A stretch of DNA of 64,000 bases from an uncultured Candidatus Cloacimonadota bacterium (GTDB taxonomy: Bacteria; Cloacimonadota; Cloacimonadia; Cloacimonadales; TCS61): positions 85 through 64,084 of the forward strand of contig CAZRXY010000120.1 of NCBI GenBank assembly GCA_964604155.1. The letters are read 5' to 3'. The notes beneath the pieces are model-generated. The model was not told the origin of the DNA, did not search any database, and was given only the letters and a program-made list of their open reading frames with translations. The position numbers and the translations under genes are program-made. Numbering within the stretch: the first letter of the stretch is position 1; every line of letters begins with the position of its first letter. This document shows positions 1 to 9,874 of this stretch, in pieces.

Positions 1-2913
1 GGTGTGTCCATCGATGAAGATATGTGAATTATTGTGATTAGCAAAGAATTCCTGGTATTGTGGTGGCATATAGACATTTCCGAAGCCCTGTGTGAGAATG
101 ATAGGGAAGGGGATATTTTCGTTACCGGTGAGTGCAACGCCGATGTCTTCGCCGGTAAACTTGGTGAGGTGTCGGTAGTGAATAGAGGGTGCTACGAGTC
201 CCTTATAGCCAAGTTCGGCGATTTTATCGAGGGTGATGTGATCAATGTGCTGATTTAGGATGAGGATGCAATCTTGATGGGGTTCAGCGATATCAGAGAG
301 GTTCTGGCAATAGATCAATCTTCCCATAGCCTGCCTGCCGAAGCCGACGATACCATTAATTTTCCAGCCGTGGTAGCTGATATGCACTTCACTTTGGGGC
401 AGAAGGTGGACAATTTTCCCATTCACTCCGGCGTAGTGTAGTAGGGGATTTTTATCGTAAACAATTGATAGTGTACCTTTTTGAATATTTATCTCAGTAA
501 TAGAGCCGGTAGCGGGAGCGATAATAGAATTATGAGAAGAAGTATCAGCGTGAGTATCGGATAATTCTGAGCCTTTATCGATATTAATCTTATCGGCTAT
601 TTCTGATTTTGTTCTATTGGCACGATCGAGCCTGATAGCTGCGAGGAGGTCTCCGCTATAGACAAAATCGCCTTCTCTCACTTTAAGGTAGCCTCTAATA
701 TGTTTAGGTTTTATGCCGAGTTTTTCTGAGATTTTCACAGTGACGGGTTTTTGTGAATAGTCTTGAATTTCATGAAGAATAATAGTGCCGGAATTTAGAT
801 TGATACTTTCGATAATGCCTCTCACGGGAGAGGCATAGTGATCGGATAATCCGTACATTTGCTCTTTCACCGAGAGTTTTTTACGAATAAGTATTTTTTC
901 GCCGATTTTCACTTGATCGCCTTCTTTCACCTGGAGCGATTCCAGAATATTTTCTTTATTAAAGGCAGAGAATGGTTTTTTGAAGAGTGTGAGGACGTAA
1001 AGTCGCGGTGGATCGCTAAGATTTTCTGCAACGATATCTTGCGGTTTAACAACAGAGCTAATATCTACTTTGATATCGCCGAGATAAGGCAATTCAATCT
1101 TGCGGATAAATTCTCCTGTTTCAATGGTGTTTATGGTTGTTTCCAGGGGGAATACGCTGCTAAGAGAAGCGAGCACGGAATCCAGTTTATAATGTTTTTT
1201 AAGAGTAGAGAGGTCATTTTCGGAGCCGGCGAAGGTGGCATCGATATACAAGGGCAATTCAGTAGTAAGCGTAATATCTTTTTCCAGATCATTAAGAATG
1301 AATTTTTTATCGAGACTGATCTGAAACTGTCGTTTTTCGGTACTTGCGGGGATGACATATTTTTTTCCGGCGATCACCTTTAATGAAGAATCTTCATATA
1401 AGATGCTCATAACAGTTTTTCCGGCTTTCCATTTACCGGTTTGAGGTCTGATATGCCAGCCCAGATTCTGCAGAGATTCTTCCAGAAGCCGGGCAGCGAT
1501 TTTTTCATCAACTTGCGAGAGTTTGCCCAGGTGTGGAGAGACGAAGTTTTTATCACGGATGATAAGGGTGAGTCCCTGAGTTTGCAGACCGTCTGCAATG
1601 AGCATAAGAGCTTGAATATCATTATCGATATGCGCAATCACGCCGCCGGCACCGATGGCATACTGGTAGTCATGCAGGAAGAATTTTTCTTTCTTTTCCT
1701 CATCGAGGAAATAGAATTTATCGACCATATTCTCGATATTTTTATGAGAGGAGATTCTGTCGAGGAAGCCAATTTGAGCAGTATTAAAATTCATTTCGAG
1801 GTGCTGCTGTCTGGCGAGGAAGAGGGCGGCACGAGCCATAATATGCTCAATAAAAAGGAGGTAATCTGCCTGTGGTAAAGCTGTGGGATAGAGCATTTTA
1901 TTGGCGATATAATCGGTTACGTAATCGAGATCGGTATCAGGGGGGAGATAATGCTTCAAAAAATCCAGTCCGGCATCTTTGAGCACATTGGCAATGCTGT
2001 AGCTCATGCCATAATTTGCAGAAACGGTACGATAGAATTTACCTTTAAGATTGGAGAACACATCTGTGGTGGCTCCGCCGATATCGACCATCATTACATC
2101 TCCTGCTCTTTGCCGGTGCAGAAGCTCAATAGCGAGCAGTACGGCGCGGGGAGTAGGAATAATATCGTGATCGACAATTTTGAGCACTTTGTCATATCCG
2201 GGAGCCTGTTCCATCACATAATCCATAAAGAGCTGATGGATCAGGTTACGGGCAGGTTCATGATTTTCAAATTTAAGATCAGGTCTTACGTTATCGACAA
2301 TATGCAGCTTAAATCTTTTAGCGAGGATGCCTTCGATCAAGTCACGGGCATCCACATTTCCGGCAAAGATCAGCGGCAGAGGTTCATTAGTGAATTTTGC
2401 TTTTGGATTAGCAAACTGTATAAGCTCGGCAAGTCTGAGTACAGGAGCAACGGCGCCACCATCGGTACCGCCTGTCATGAGAATAATATCTGGATGCAGC
2501 ATCGCCATAGCCTTCATCTGCTGCACGGCGGATCTTTTATCATTAATGGCAAAAGTATCGAGGATAACAGCCCCGGCGCCATAAGCACATCGTTTTGCAC
2601 TGGCGGCGCTATCGAAAGTGGTGAGCCCTATCACCAGTATCTGAAGCCCTCCTCCGGCGCTGCTGGTACAGAAATAGCTGATACCCGGAGAAAACAACCG
2701 GTTATGGTCTTTGTCCAGTAATTGTCTGCCGCATTTTTTTTCGAGGTTTTTTATAGCATTAATAATACCAATTTTAACGTCTTCATCAGGCAGTTCCACA
2801 GTGGTAGGTGAATTTTCCATAGCAATGATACTGTATCTACCTGCATTTTTCTCAAGCAGCAAGGCTTTAGTAGTAGTACTGCCGATATCAGTAATAATTA
2901 CAAGATTTTCCAT
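1..2913 (-). CDS. GlmL/MutL-like ASKHA-fold ATPase fused to a long C-terminal extension (3' end lies beyond the window edge)
   Basis: The minus-strand frame is uninterrupted from the ATG at 2913 (GGAGGA 6 nt upstream) to position 1. It is missing from the ORF track because it has no in-window stop. The N-terminal half has the motifs DIGSTTTK, ILMTGGTDGG and VDIGGATTDVFS, typical of glutamate mutase L-type reactivase-like proteins. The C-terminal half has two barrel-sandwich-hybrid-like motif pairs (VKEGDQVKIGEKIL..SPVRGIIESI and VREGDFVYSGDLL..APATGSITEI). Confidence 0.6.
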   Translation of the reverse strand, partial: MENLVIITDIGSTTTKALLLEKNAGRYSIIAMENSPTTVELPDEDVKIGIINAIKNLEKKCGRQLLDKDHNRLFSPGISYFCTSSAGGGLQILVIGLTTFDSAASAKRCAYGAGAVILDTFAINDKRSAVQQMKAMAMLHPDIILMTGGTDGGAVAPVLRLAELIQFANPKAKFTNEPLPLIFAGNVDARDLIEGILAKRFKLHIVDNVRPDLKFENHEPARNLIHQLFMDYVMEQAPGYDKVLKIVDHDIIPTPRAVLLAIELLHRQRAGDVMMVDIGGATTDVFSNLKGKFYRTVSANYGMSYSIANVLKDAGLDFLKHYLPPDTDLDYVTDYIANKMLYPTALPQADYLLFIEHIMARAALFLARQQHLEMNFNTAQIGFLDRISSHKNIENMVDKFYFLDEEKKEKFFLHDYQYAIGAGGVIAHIDNDIQALMLIADGLQTQGLTLIIRDKNFVSPHLGKLSQVDEKIAARLLEESLQNLGWHIRPQTGKWKAGKTVMSILYEDSSLKVIAGKKYVIPASTEKRQFQISLDKKFILNDLEKDITLTTELPLYIDATFAGSENDLSTLKKHYKLDSVLASLSSVFPLETTINTIETGEFIRKIELPYLGDIKVDISSVVKPQDIVAENLSDPPRLYVLTLFKKPFSAFNKENILESLQVKEGDQVKIGEKILIRKKLSVKEQMYGLSDHYASPVRGIIESINLNSGTIILHEIQDYSQKPVTVKISEKLGIKPKHIRGYLKVREGDFVYSGDLLAAIRLDRANRTKSEIADKINIDKGSELSDTHADTSSHNSIIAPATGSITEINIQKGTLSIVYDKNPLLHYAGVNGKIVHLLPQSEVHISYHGWKINGIVGFGRQAMGRLIYCQNLSDIAEPHQDCILILNQHIDHITLDKIAELGYKGLVAPSIHYRHLTKFTGEDIGVALTGNENIPFPIILTQGFGNVYMPPQYQEFFANHNNSHIFIDGHT

Positions 2914-3032
2914 ATCTATCCTCCAAGGACTTAACATAGATTTTTAAGTGATAAATGTCAAGGATATAGTTCGGGAATATTTTTTTCTTGCTAAGAATTG
3001 AGATATTTGCAAAAATAATTTTGGAGGCGTAA

Positions 3033-4469
3033 ATGAAATATTGGCTGGCGTTGTTTATAGTGCTTTTATTAATATTGGATGTCGTCTGGCTGTTAGACGG
3101 ATTTCTTGGTGTTCAGTATAGTAAGGTGCTTAGCGAGAATGCATACAGGAATCAAAGCACTTCTTATAGTTATAAGATGTTTGCCAGTTCCCCCGTGAAA
3201 AGCCTTTATTACAGGATAATAATATCCCTGCTGATCCTCACGAGTCTGATCATAGTGATGTTATTTATCAAGCAATTAAGGTTTTATCACAATATGCTGG
3301 ATATCAGCAATCTTCAATACAGGAAATTATTCATGGAGATGCGTACGGGGTTTGCTTTACGGAAAGTGATTCGTGATCCGGCTGGCAAATTAACAGATAT
3401 CAGGTTTCTGGAAGTAAATCCAGCCTTCAGAGAATATACGGGTATAAATGATCAGGATGTTACCGGCAGGTCAATAAAGAGTGTATTTCCCAGTTTGAGT
3501 GAAGAATTAATCGCAGAATATGATCGTATTTCTCTTTATGGCGGCACATACAGCACAATTCATAAATTAGATTATCAGGATAAAATTGTTCGTCTCACAG
3601 CTTATCAGCATTCCGAGAATGTGTTTGCCACTTTGATAGAGGACATCAGCAAGGAGAAAAAGATAGAGGCAAAACTATTGGCTTCGAATTCGGAATTAAC
3701 TGAGCTCAAAGAGAAGCTTGAGAAGGAAGTAGAGACTCGTGTATCCGAGTTGCGTGAGAAGGATTTACTGATGATTCGTCAATCGAGGCAGGCGGCGATG
3801 GGCGAGATGATAGGGAATATTGCCCATCAATGGCGTCAGCCCTTGAATTCTATAGCAGTGATAATACAGGATTTGCTGGAGGCTTGGGATTTCAATGAAT
3901 TAAACCGTGAATACTTAAAAGAGAAGATAGATTTAAGCATGAGTGTGCTGCATCATATGTCTAATACTATAGATGATTTCCGGGATTTTTTTTCACCTGA
4001 CAAACAGGCGGCACAATTTGATATTGATGTTCAGATAAAAAAGACGCTTAATATTCTTCAGGACATGTATTCGAATCTCGGCATAAAGATAGAGGCTAAC
4101 CTAAATAAGTGCCAGGTCACAAGCTATGCCAGGGAATTTTCTCAGGTATTGATCAATATTTTAAATAATGCCAAAGATGCTTTGCAGGAGCAGAAAGTAA
4201 CTGATCCTGTAATAAAAGTGGATTTATACTGCGATGATGGTTATGCCATCATTGATATCAAAGATAATGGCGGTGGCATAGACCCTTCAATTTTGGAGAA
4301 AGTATTTGATCCTTATTTTACGACCAAGCAGTCATCGGTGGGTACGGGTGTGGGATTGTATATGAGCAAGACCATCGTGGAAAAGCACATGAAGGGAGAG
4401 ATAAGTGCAGCCAATGAATCTGATGGGGCAATATTCAGGATCAGGCTGCCACTTTTGGTTAAGGAATAA
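3033..4469 (+). CDS. membrane sensor histidine kinase with PAS domain
   Basis: Two N-terminal hydrophobic segments, a PAS-like region (FLEVNPAFREYTGI), a coiled coil, the H-box IAHQWRQPLN, and an HATPase_c core (DNGGGI, GTGVGLYMS). Confidence 0.85.
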   Translation: MKYWLALFIVLLLILDVVWLLDGFLGVQYSKVLSENAYRNQSTSYSYKMFASSPVKSLYYRIIISLLILTSLIIVMLFIKQLRFYHNMLDISNLQYRKLFMEMRTGFALRKVIRDPAGKLTDIRFLEVNPAFREYTGINDQDVTGRSIKSVFPSLSEELIAEYDRISLYGGTYSTIHKLDYQDKIVRLTAYQHSENVFATLIEDISKEKKIEAKLLASNSELTELKEKLEKEVETRVSELREKDLLMIRQSRQAAMGEMIGNIAHQWRQPLNSIAVIIQDLLEAWDFNELNREYLKEKIDLSMSVLHHMSNTIDDFRDFFSPDKQAAQFDIDVQIKKTLNILQDMYSNLGIKIEANLNKCQVTSYAREFSQVLINILNNAKDALQEQKVTDPVIKVDLYCDDGYAIIDIKDNGGGIDPSILEKVFDPYFTTKQSSVGTGVGLYMSKTIVEKHMKGEISAANESDGAIFRIRLPLLVKE

Positions 4470-4511
4470 GGATTAGTATTGGAGATTTTGGGGTAGACTC
4501 CGATTTATTTT

Positions 4512-5567
4512 TTAGTCAAAAATGGCTTTAAGGAATTGGTCTGCCGAGAAGTCTCTAAGATCGGCATTAGATTCGCCAACGCCTATCAATTTAACCGGGA
4601 TATTGATTTGATGTTTGATGCCGATGATGATCCCTCCTTTGGCGGTGCCATCGAGTTTTGTGAGCACAACGCCGGTGAGATTTGCTGCCTGATTAAATAT
4701 TTCTGCTTGCGAGAGGGCATTTTGCCCGGTGGTGGCATCCACAACGAGCAGTGATTCGTGAGGTGCATCTGGTATCACTTTTTTTATAGTGCGATCAATT
4801 TTATTAAGCTCATTCATGAGATTAATTTTTGTATGCTGTCTTCCGGCAGTATCGATGAGCACTACATCACAATTAATATTAAGGGCTTTATTTAAGCCGT
4901 CAAAGACCACTGATGACGGGTCTGCCCCCTGGTGCTGTCTGGAAATATGTGCACCGGCACGTTCTGCCCAGATGGCGAGCTGATCTATAGCTGCCGCTCT
5001 GAAAGTGTCTGCTGCAATAACCATCACAGATTTTCCCTGATCTACGAATCGTTTTGCCAGCTTACCGATAGTAGTGGTTTTTCCCACTCCGTTCACACCT
5101 GTAAAGAGCACAACGAAGGGTTTATTTTTTGGAATATTAAGAGTGGCTTCCTTATCATTGTATTCGCTAAGCATCAGGTCTTTGATAATTTTTATAAGTT
5201 TATCTTGAATGATCGGGATTTCCGTGATTTTTTCCTCTCGCACGGCAAGTCGTAATTTATCAATAATATCGCTGCTGGTTACCACTCCCACATCTGCTTT
5301 GATAAGTGCTTCTTCCAGTTCATCCAGGAGGTCTTCGTTAACTTTACCTCTGATCTGCAGAAGTTCTGCAATCTGTCCAAGGAAACCACTTTTAGTTTTA
5401 ACCAATTTTTCTTTCAGAGAAGCGGTATGTTTTCTATCATTTTCAGTGAGATTTTCGTTAGAGGAAACATTTTTTTTCTTTTTTGAGCCAATTTTAAAAG
5501 CCAGTGCGATTAGAACTCCGGCAAAGATTAGAGCCGCGATAATAATATATAGATAATACTCTTGCAT
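4512..5567 (-). CDS. ftsY: signal recognition particle receptor FtsY
   Basis: N-terminal membrane anchor, then SRP GTPase motifs GVNGVGKTTTIGKLA, DTAGR and TKLDGTAKGG. Confidence 0.95.
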   Translation of the reverse strand: MQEYYLYIIIAALIFAGVLIALAFKIGSKKKKNVSSNENLTENDRKHTASLKEKLVKTKSGFLGQIAELLQIRGKVNEDLLDELEEALIKADVGVVTSSDIIDKLRLAVREEKITEIPIIQDKLIKIIKDLMLSEYNDKEATLNIPKNKPFVVLFTGVNGVGKTTTIGKLAKRFVDQGKSVMVIAADTFRAAAIDQLAIWAERAGAHISRQHQGADPSSVVFDGLNKALNINCDVVLIDTAGRQHTKINLMNELNKIDRTIKKVIPDAPHESLLVVDATTGQNALSQAEIFNQAANLTGVVLTKLDGTAKGGIIIGIKHQINIPVKLIGVGESNADLRDFSADQFLKAIFD

Positions 5568-5631
5568 CTATCCTCCGTTACAATTTTATATAATCAGTTG
5601 AGGACTTTTTTAGTAGCCTCAGGTCGTCAAT

Positions 5632-5659
5632 AAAAAAAGGGCAGGTACAAAACCTGCCC
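5632..5659 (-). terminator. Rho-independent terminator of rpsT
   Basis: The minus strand reads GGGCAGGT-TTTGT-ACCTGCCC followed by TTTTTTT, 16 nt after the rpsT stop. Confidence 0.85.
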
Positions 5660-5674
5660 GATTATCTGTTTTTT

Positions 5675-5944
5675 TTAAGCTTCTGCTTTAATTTTTTCTT
5701 TATTGTAGTGCGCAGCGAGCCGTGCTTTTCTTCTGGAAGCTGTACGTTTGTGGATCACGCCGCGTTTGGCAGCTTTATCGAGCTCGGAATAAACTTCCTG
5801 CAGCACAGTCTGCTTTTCTTCGAGTGGCAGATCACTATGCATTTTTTTCTGCATAGTATTAATAGTCTTTTTTATGTAGTGATTACGGGCAGCTCTTTTC
5901 TTTTCCTGCCTCAGCCTCTTCTCACACGATTTATGATTAGGCAT
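5675..5944 (-). CDS. rpsT: 30S ribosomal protein S20
   Basis: An 89-aa basic protein, MPNHKSCEKRLRQEKKRAARNH.., with the S20 pattern. Confidence 0.95.
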   Translation of the reverse strand: MPNHKSCEKRLRQEKKRAARNHYIKKTINTMQKKMHSDLPLEEKQTVLQEVYSELDKAAKRGVIHKRTASRRKARLAAHYNKEKIKAEA

Positions 5945-6118
5945 TAATGTCCTCCAGTTTTTTTCTTAATTACCGAAGTCAAAAAAGGTTAAGGCAAATA
6001 GGTGTCAAACATTTTCGAAAGATTTTTCTAAAATAAATAAATAAATAGCTTTAGGGGCACTTTCTGTCCGCGTTTGGCACGAAGCTAATTCATTTATATT
6101 TAATGAATTGCGTAGATA

Positions 6119-7228
6119 TTAGTGCATAAGCTCGAGGCGTCGGACAAAACAATCCACACTTTGGTAAAGAGCATTTGCGATATCGATTTGGTAATTAGCA
6201 TTAACGAGTTTTCTTTCTTCAGATTTATTTGAGATAAAGCCTGTTTCCACGAGTACAGCGGGCATAAATGCTCCTCTGAGGACGTAGAAATCGGCTTGTT
6301 TGACGCCTCTGTCTTTACCTTTTGTAGTTTCAACTAAGCTTTTTTGCATAATATTACAAAGTTCGTGGCTTTCCTGGAGGTGTTCATTTTGTGCCATATC
6401 GGAGAGAATAAAATCGAGGTCATTGTATCTTTTAAGAGCTTCTTCCCCGCCTTCATAGTGGTAAACGACAGCGTTTTCGAGAGCTTCAGTGGCTCTGGCA
6501 TCATCTGTTCTGGCAGTGCTGAGGTAATAGACTTCGATCCCGGATACATCGTTATTTGTATGGGCGTTAATATGTAGAGAGATGAAGAGATTTGCTTTCA
6601 CTTCATTGGCAAATTCGGTTCTTTCGCGTAGTGAAACAAATCGGTCATCATCACGAGTGAGAAAGACTTTGATATCGGAATTTTTTGTAATAAGGTCTCT
6701 TAATTTGAGTGCAATGTCGAGTGTGATATCTTTTTCATAGCTTTTTTTTGAGAAGCCGATGGCGCCGGGGTCTTTACCGCCGTGTCCCGGGTCTATCACG
6801 ATGGTTTTAATTCGATTATCAACAGGGATAGGAGCTATGATATTATCAATTTGATACACCACTTCATTGGGGAAGACAAGTGGCAGAATTTCCTGCAGGA
6901 AGTTAACGGGGATATAGTATTTGCTTTGGTTAAGCAGGACAGGGAAGGTCATATTGTAGATTTCTCTACCGGCAGTAACATAAGCCGAATCGAGGAGGAA
7001 TATGATTTGAGTTTCATACATATTTACTTTGAGCCTGCTATCGAGCAGGTCTGGCTCAACAATTGCTCTAAATACCCTGTTCAATTCATAGACATTAAAG
7101 TACTCGATCTCATTAAACTTGCGGACATTGATTCTTTCGCCATCAATATCGCCGTCATATTTAATCATCACATCGGCATTAAGGAACGCCATGCCTGTAA
7201 TGAGTATAAAAAGCAGAACTATTTTCAC
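6119..7228 (-). CDS. N-acetylmuramoyl-L-alanine amidase (Amidase_3 family)
   Basis: Signal peptide and the motifs VIDPGHGGKDPGA, SLHINA and ETGFISN. GTG start with GGAGGA 4 nt upstream. Confidence 0.9.
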   Translation of the reverse strand: MKIVLLFILITGMAFLNADVMIKYDGDIDGERINVRKFNEIEYFNVYELNRVFRAIVEPDLLDSRLKVNMYETQIIFLLDSAYVTAGREIYNMTFPVLLNQSKYYIPVNFLQEILPLVFPNEVVYQIDNIIAPIPVDNRIKTIVIDPGHGGKDPGAIGFSKKSYEKDITLDIALKLRDLITKNSDIKVFLTRDDDRFVSLRERTEFANEVKANLFISLHINAHTNNDVSGIEVYYLSTARTDDARATEALENAVVYHYEGGEEALKRYNDLDFILSDMAQNEHLQESHELCNIMQKSLVETTKGKDRGVKQADFYVLRGAFMPAVLVETGFISNKSEERKLVNANYQIDIANALYQSVDCFVRRLELMH

Positions 7229-7246
7229 AATATCCTCCGATTTTTT

Positions 7247-8239
7247 TTAGCTTAATCCTCTGCCCAGTTCTTCCACTTCCTGAGTAGAGATATTAAGTTC
7301 TTTGGCAATTTCCTGAACCTGCCAGCCATTAGCCAGCAATCTTTTTATCGTTACTCTTTGAAATTCAATACTCCCGAAGCTGCATGAGATGCGTTCTTCG
7401 GTTTTTTTTGGTTTGTGCAGCTTTCGCAAAACAGACATAATCAGCATACCAAAGATCACCCCGAACACTATAATAATGCTGATCATAAGCATTTTATCGT
7501 GGTAGATATCTATTATAACCTCTTTGAATCTTTCAGGCATCCATTCCAGTTTTGTTTCGGCTTTTTTTGGTTCACGGGCAGTATCTTGAGAAGGAGTGAT
7601 CATTTTTGGTGTAGTGGTGCTGGAATGTGGAGGAGTTTCTAATTTTGCTGTAAGGGTTTCGTTTTCCTGCGGTGTGTATGATGGATCGGGCGTGAAATGT
7701 TTTGTAACCTCCGGGAGAGATTCTTCTTCACTATGGGTGGGATTTTGACTGGCAATGATAAGGCTATCGGCAAAGTTATCATAAAAAGCAGCTTTCTGAG
7801 GTTTATTTACATTGCGGTAGAAATCTGCGTATTCCAGAGCTTCTTCGGGAGAGCGTGGATTTTTATATTTAAAGATATCCAGCACGAGCTTATAATCATT
7901 ATTGCTTTTAAAAACGAAATCTTCGACCTTGTATTCTTCAAAAGTATTTATAAGCACGCCGGTAAAGGCATCGGTAGGCACGAAAGTGATTTTTGAGATC
8001 ACGGGATTATCAATAACTCTCTTGGATTTTACAGTGGGTTCTTTTTTGCAGTCAAGCAGGCTGAGATTAATGGAGAGAGCATCTTCTCTGAGTCTGTAAC
8101 GCGGATATTCATCAAACACGAATACGATGCGTTCCACCAGCCCATAATTGGCATGATAATAATCTTTGAGATTACTTGCAGCCAATAAAGGTGTAAGCAG
8201 AATAAAAGAGAGGATAAAAAGAAATCTGAACTTTCTCAT
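7247..8239 (-). CDS. membrane protein with an AMIN-like periplasmic domain, a Pro/Thr-rich linker, one TM segment and a C-terminal helix-turn-helix
   Basis: Signal peptide, AMIN-like N-terminal beta region, TM segment MLMISIIIVFGVIFGMLIMSV, and a C-terminal sequence LLANGWQVQEIAKELNISTQEVEEL that resembles sigma70-r4/LuxR HTH. Confidence 0.5.
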   Translation of the reverse strand: MRKFRFLFILSFILLTPLLAASNLKDYYHANYGLVERIVFVFDEYPRYRLREDALSINLSLLDCKKEPTVKSKRVIDNPVISKITFVPTDAFTGVLINTFEEYKVEDFVFKSNNDYKLVLDIFKYKNPRSPEEALEYADFYRNVNKPQKAAFYDNFADSLIIASQNPTHSEEESLPEVTKHFTPDPSYTPQENETLTAKLETPPHSSTTTPKMITPSQDTAREPKKAETKLEWMPERFKEVIIDIYHDKMLMISIIIVFGVIFGMLIMSVLRKLHKPKKTEERISCSFGSIEFQRVTIKRLLANGWQVQEIAKELNISTQEVEELGRGLS

Positions 8240-8251
8240 AATTACTCCGGA

Positions 8252-8899
8252 TTATTTACGCAATTTATGCTTAACCTGTAACAAATTCTTCTGGAGTGTC
8301 CTGTTATCGGGTTCCAGCGAGAGTGCTTTTTCAAAATAACTGAAAGCCTGGTTATATTCCTGGCGTTTAAGGTGTATAGAGCCGAGATTATTAAGAACCT
8401 CGATTTCATCAGGAAAAAGAGTGAGAGCTTCTGCATATTTCAATCTTGCGGGTTCCAGTTTATTATTTTGCAGTAATTCATAAGCCTGGAAATTAAGGAA
8501 CTTGAAGAGGCAAAAATTTTCTCGCAGTACTTCGTCTTTTGCTATATCGGACAATTTTTTATATTTCATATTTTCCGGAAATCCTGAGCATAAAACTTCT
8601 ATCTGGTCAAGAGCTTTTTGCCATTTTCCCTGCAATATCAGGCATTCAAACATAGCGAGATTATTCAACTCATTTTCGGGAAATTTTTGATTTACGGTGG
8701 CAAAGTGTTTTTCCGCTTCAGTGAATTTGTGCTCGCTGAGCAGCGTTAGTGCAAGGTTAAAGTGGTTTTCCGGATTATCTGCCAGATTCAGAGCAAGCCG
8801 GAAACACTTTTCCGCCTTCGTGGTTTTGCCATTAACAAGCAGCTTCTGACCACGCTTTCTGGCAAATTCTGCCCTTACTCCTTTTATATACTGATACAT
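8252..8899 (-). CDS. TPR-repeat protein
   Basis: Repeated 34-residue TPR-like patterns (A..F..AL.L.P.N). Confidence 0.7.
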   Translation of the reverse strand: MYQYIKGVRAEFARKRGQKLLVNGKTTKAEKCFRLALNLADNPENHFNLALTLLSEHKFTEAEKHFATVNQKFPENELNNLAMFECLILQGKWQKALDQIEVLCSGFPENMKYKKLSDIAKDEVLRENFCLFKFLNFQAYELLQNNKLEPARLKYAEALTLFPDEIEVLNNLGSIHLKRQEYNQAFSYFEKALSLEPDNRTLQKNLLQVKHKLRK

Positions 8900-8959
8900 G
8901 AGCCAAACTTATAGAAAGAAAAAAAAGAGGCAAGCAATTTAATGAAACTGGATAGAAGA

Positions 8960-9859
8960 TCACTCATTGTTTTCTATAATTTTTCCTGCGTTATTATCTT
9001 CGGCTGTTTTTTTGACAGCTTCAGCTTTTTTTTTGGCTTCCAGTTTTTTTTGGGTGCGGACTTCCTTGAGTGGGTCTATTATGGCGCCGGTAGGGCACAC
9101 ATCGGCGCAGATGCCGCACATAATGCAAAGATCATAATTCAGTACAGCGAGATTATTTTTTATTTCAATCGCATCTTTCGGGCATTTTTTTACGCATATA
9201 GAGCAGGCGATGCAGGCTGTATTATTTCCGCAGACCTTGCGGGAATCCGCGCCTTTATCATGGGATGAGCAGAGGATATGCACTCTTTTCTTATCGGAGA
9301 CCAGTTCAATGAGATTTCTTGGGCAGGCGCGCACGCAGGCTCCGCAGCCGGTGCATTTTACTTTATCAATAATCCGCATACCGTTTTCATCTAAAGATAT
9401 AGCATCAAACTGGCAAGCCCTCATACAATCATTAAGAGCCACGCAGCCCCAGAGACAGAGATTGGGACCATTATTGATCATCACGGCAGCCTTACAGGTG
9501 GGCACGCCTTGATACTCGTATCTTATAAGAGTATTATTATTGCCGCCACTCTGGCATTTTATCACAGCAATCCTGCGGTCTGCCGCAGTAGCTGATTTGC
9601 CCATGATCTTTGCTATCTGTTGAACTACATCGGAGCCACCCGGAGCACATTTATTGAGCTCTTCATCCTGCATGACAATAGCTTCGGCATATCCGGCACA
9701 TCCGGGATATCCACAGGCACCGCAATTTGCACTTGGCAATACTTCTATAATAGCTTCAATTTTCGGATCAATTTCCACATGGAACTTTTTTGAGGCAAAA
9801 GCGAGTCCCAAGCCGTAGATCAAACCCAAAGCGCCCAGTATTATAATCGCATATATCAT
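8960..9859 (-). CDS. rnfB: Rnf electron transport complex subunit B
   Basis: N-terminal TM segment, [15 protein letters not shown], and multiple CxxCxxCxxxCP ferredoxin motifs. It is the last gene of the rnf cluster. Confidence 0.9.
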   Translation of the reverse strand: MIYAIIILGALGLIYGLGLAFASKKFHVEIDPKIEAIIEVLPSANCGACGYPGCAGYAEAIVMQDEELNKCAPGGSDVVQQIAKIMGKSATAADRRIAVIKCQSGGNNNTLIRYEYQGVPTCKAAVMINNGPNLCLWGCVALNDCMRACQFDAISLDENGMRIIDKVKCTGCGACVRACPRNLIELVSDKKRVHILCSSHDKGADSRKVCGNNTACIACSICVKKCPKDAIEIKNNLAVLNYDLCIMCGICADVCPTGAIIDPLKEVRTQKKLEAKKKAEAVKKTAEDNNAGKIIENNE

Positions 9860-9874
9860 AATTATTCTCCCTGC

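Noticed and set aside
859-2947. Track ORFs 859-1383 (+), 1441-1878 (+), 1951-2721 (+), 2327-2584 (+) and 2711-2947 (+), plus the short minus-strand ORFs in this region.
   Set aside because: They lie antisense to, or out of frame with, the uninterrupted 971-codon minus-strand gene (1-2913), which has clear ASKHA motifs and a strong RBS. Their translations are low-complexity mirror-frame products.
6075-6091. Other TGGCAC hits considered as sigma-54 promoters (6075, 23531, 36188, 55610).
   Set aside because: None has a TTGC/GTGC element with the required GG-N10-GC spacing. The hit at 36188 is off by one and lies inside a coding region.
6087-6109. The inverted repeat AATTCATT-tatattt-AATGAATT after the amidase stop shares aatgaattg with the arcC/ruvX motif and was considered a third copy or a terminator.
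   Set aside because: Only 9 nt are shared. The stem is all A/T with no U-tract, so neither call is supported.
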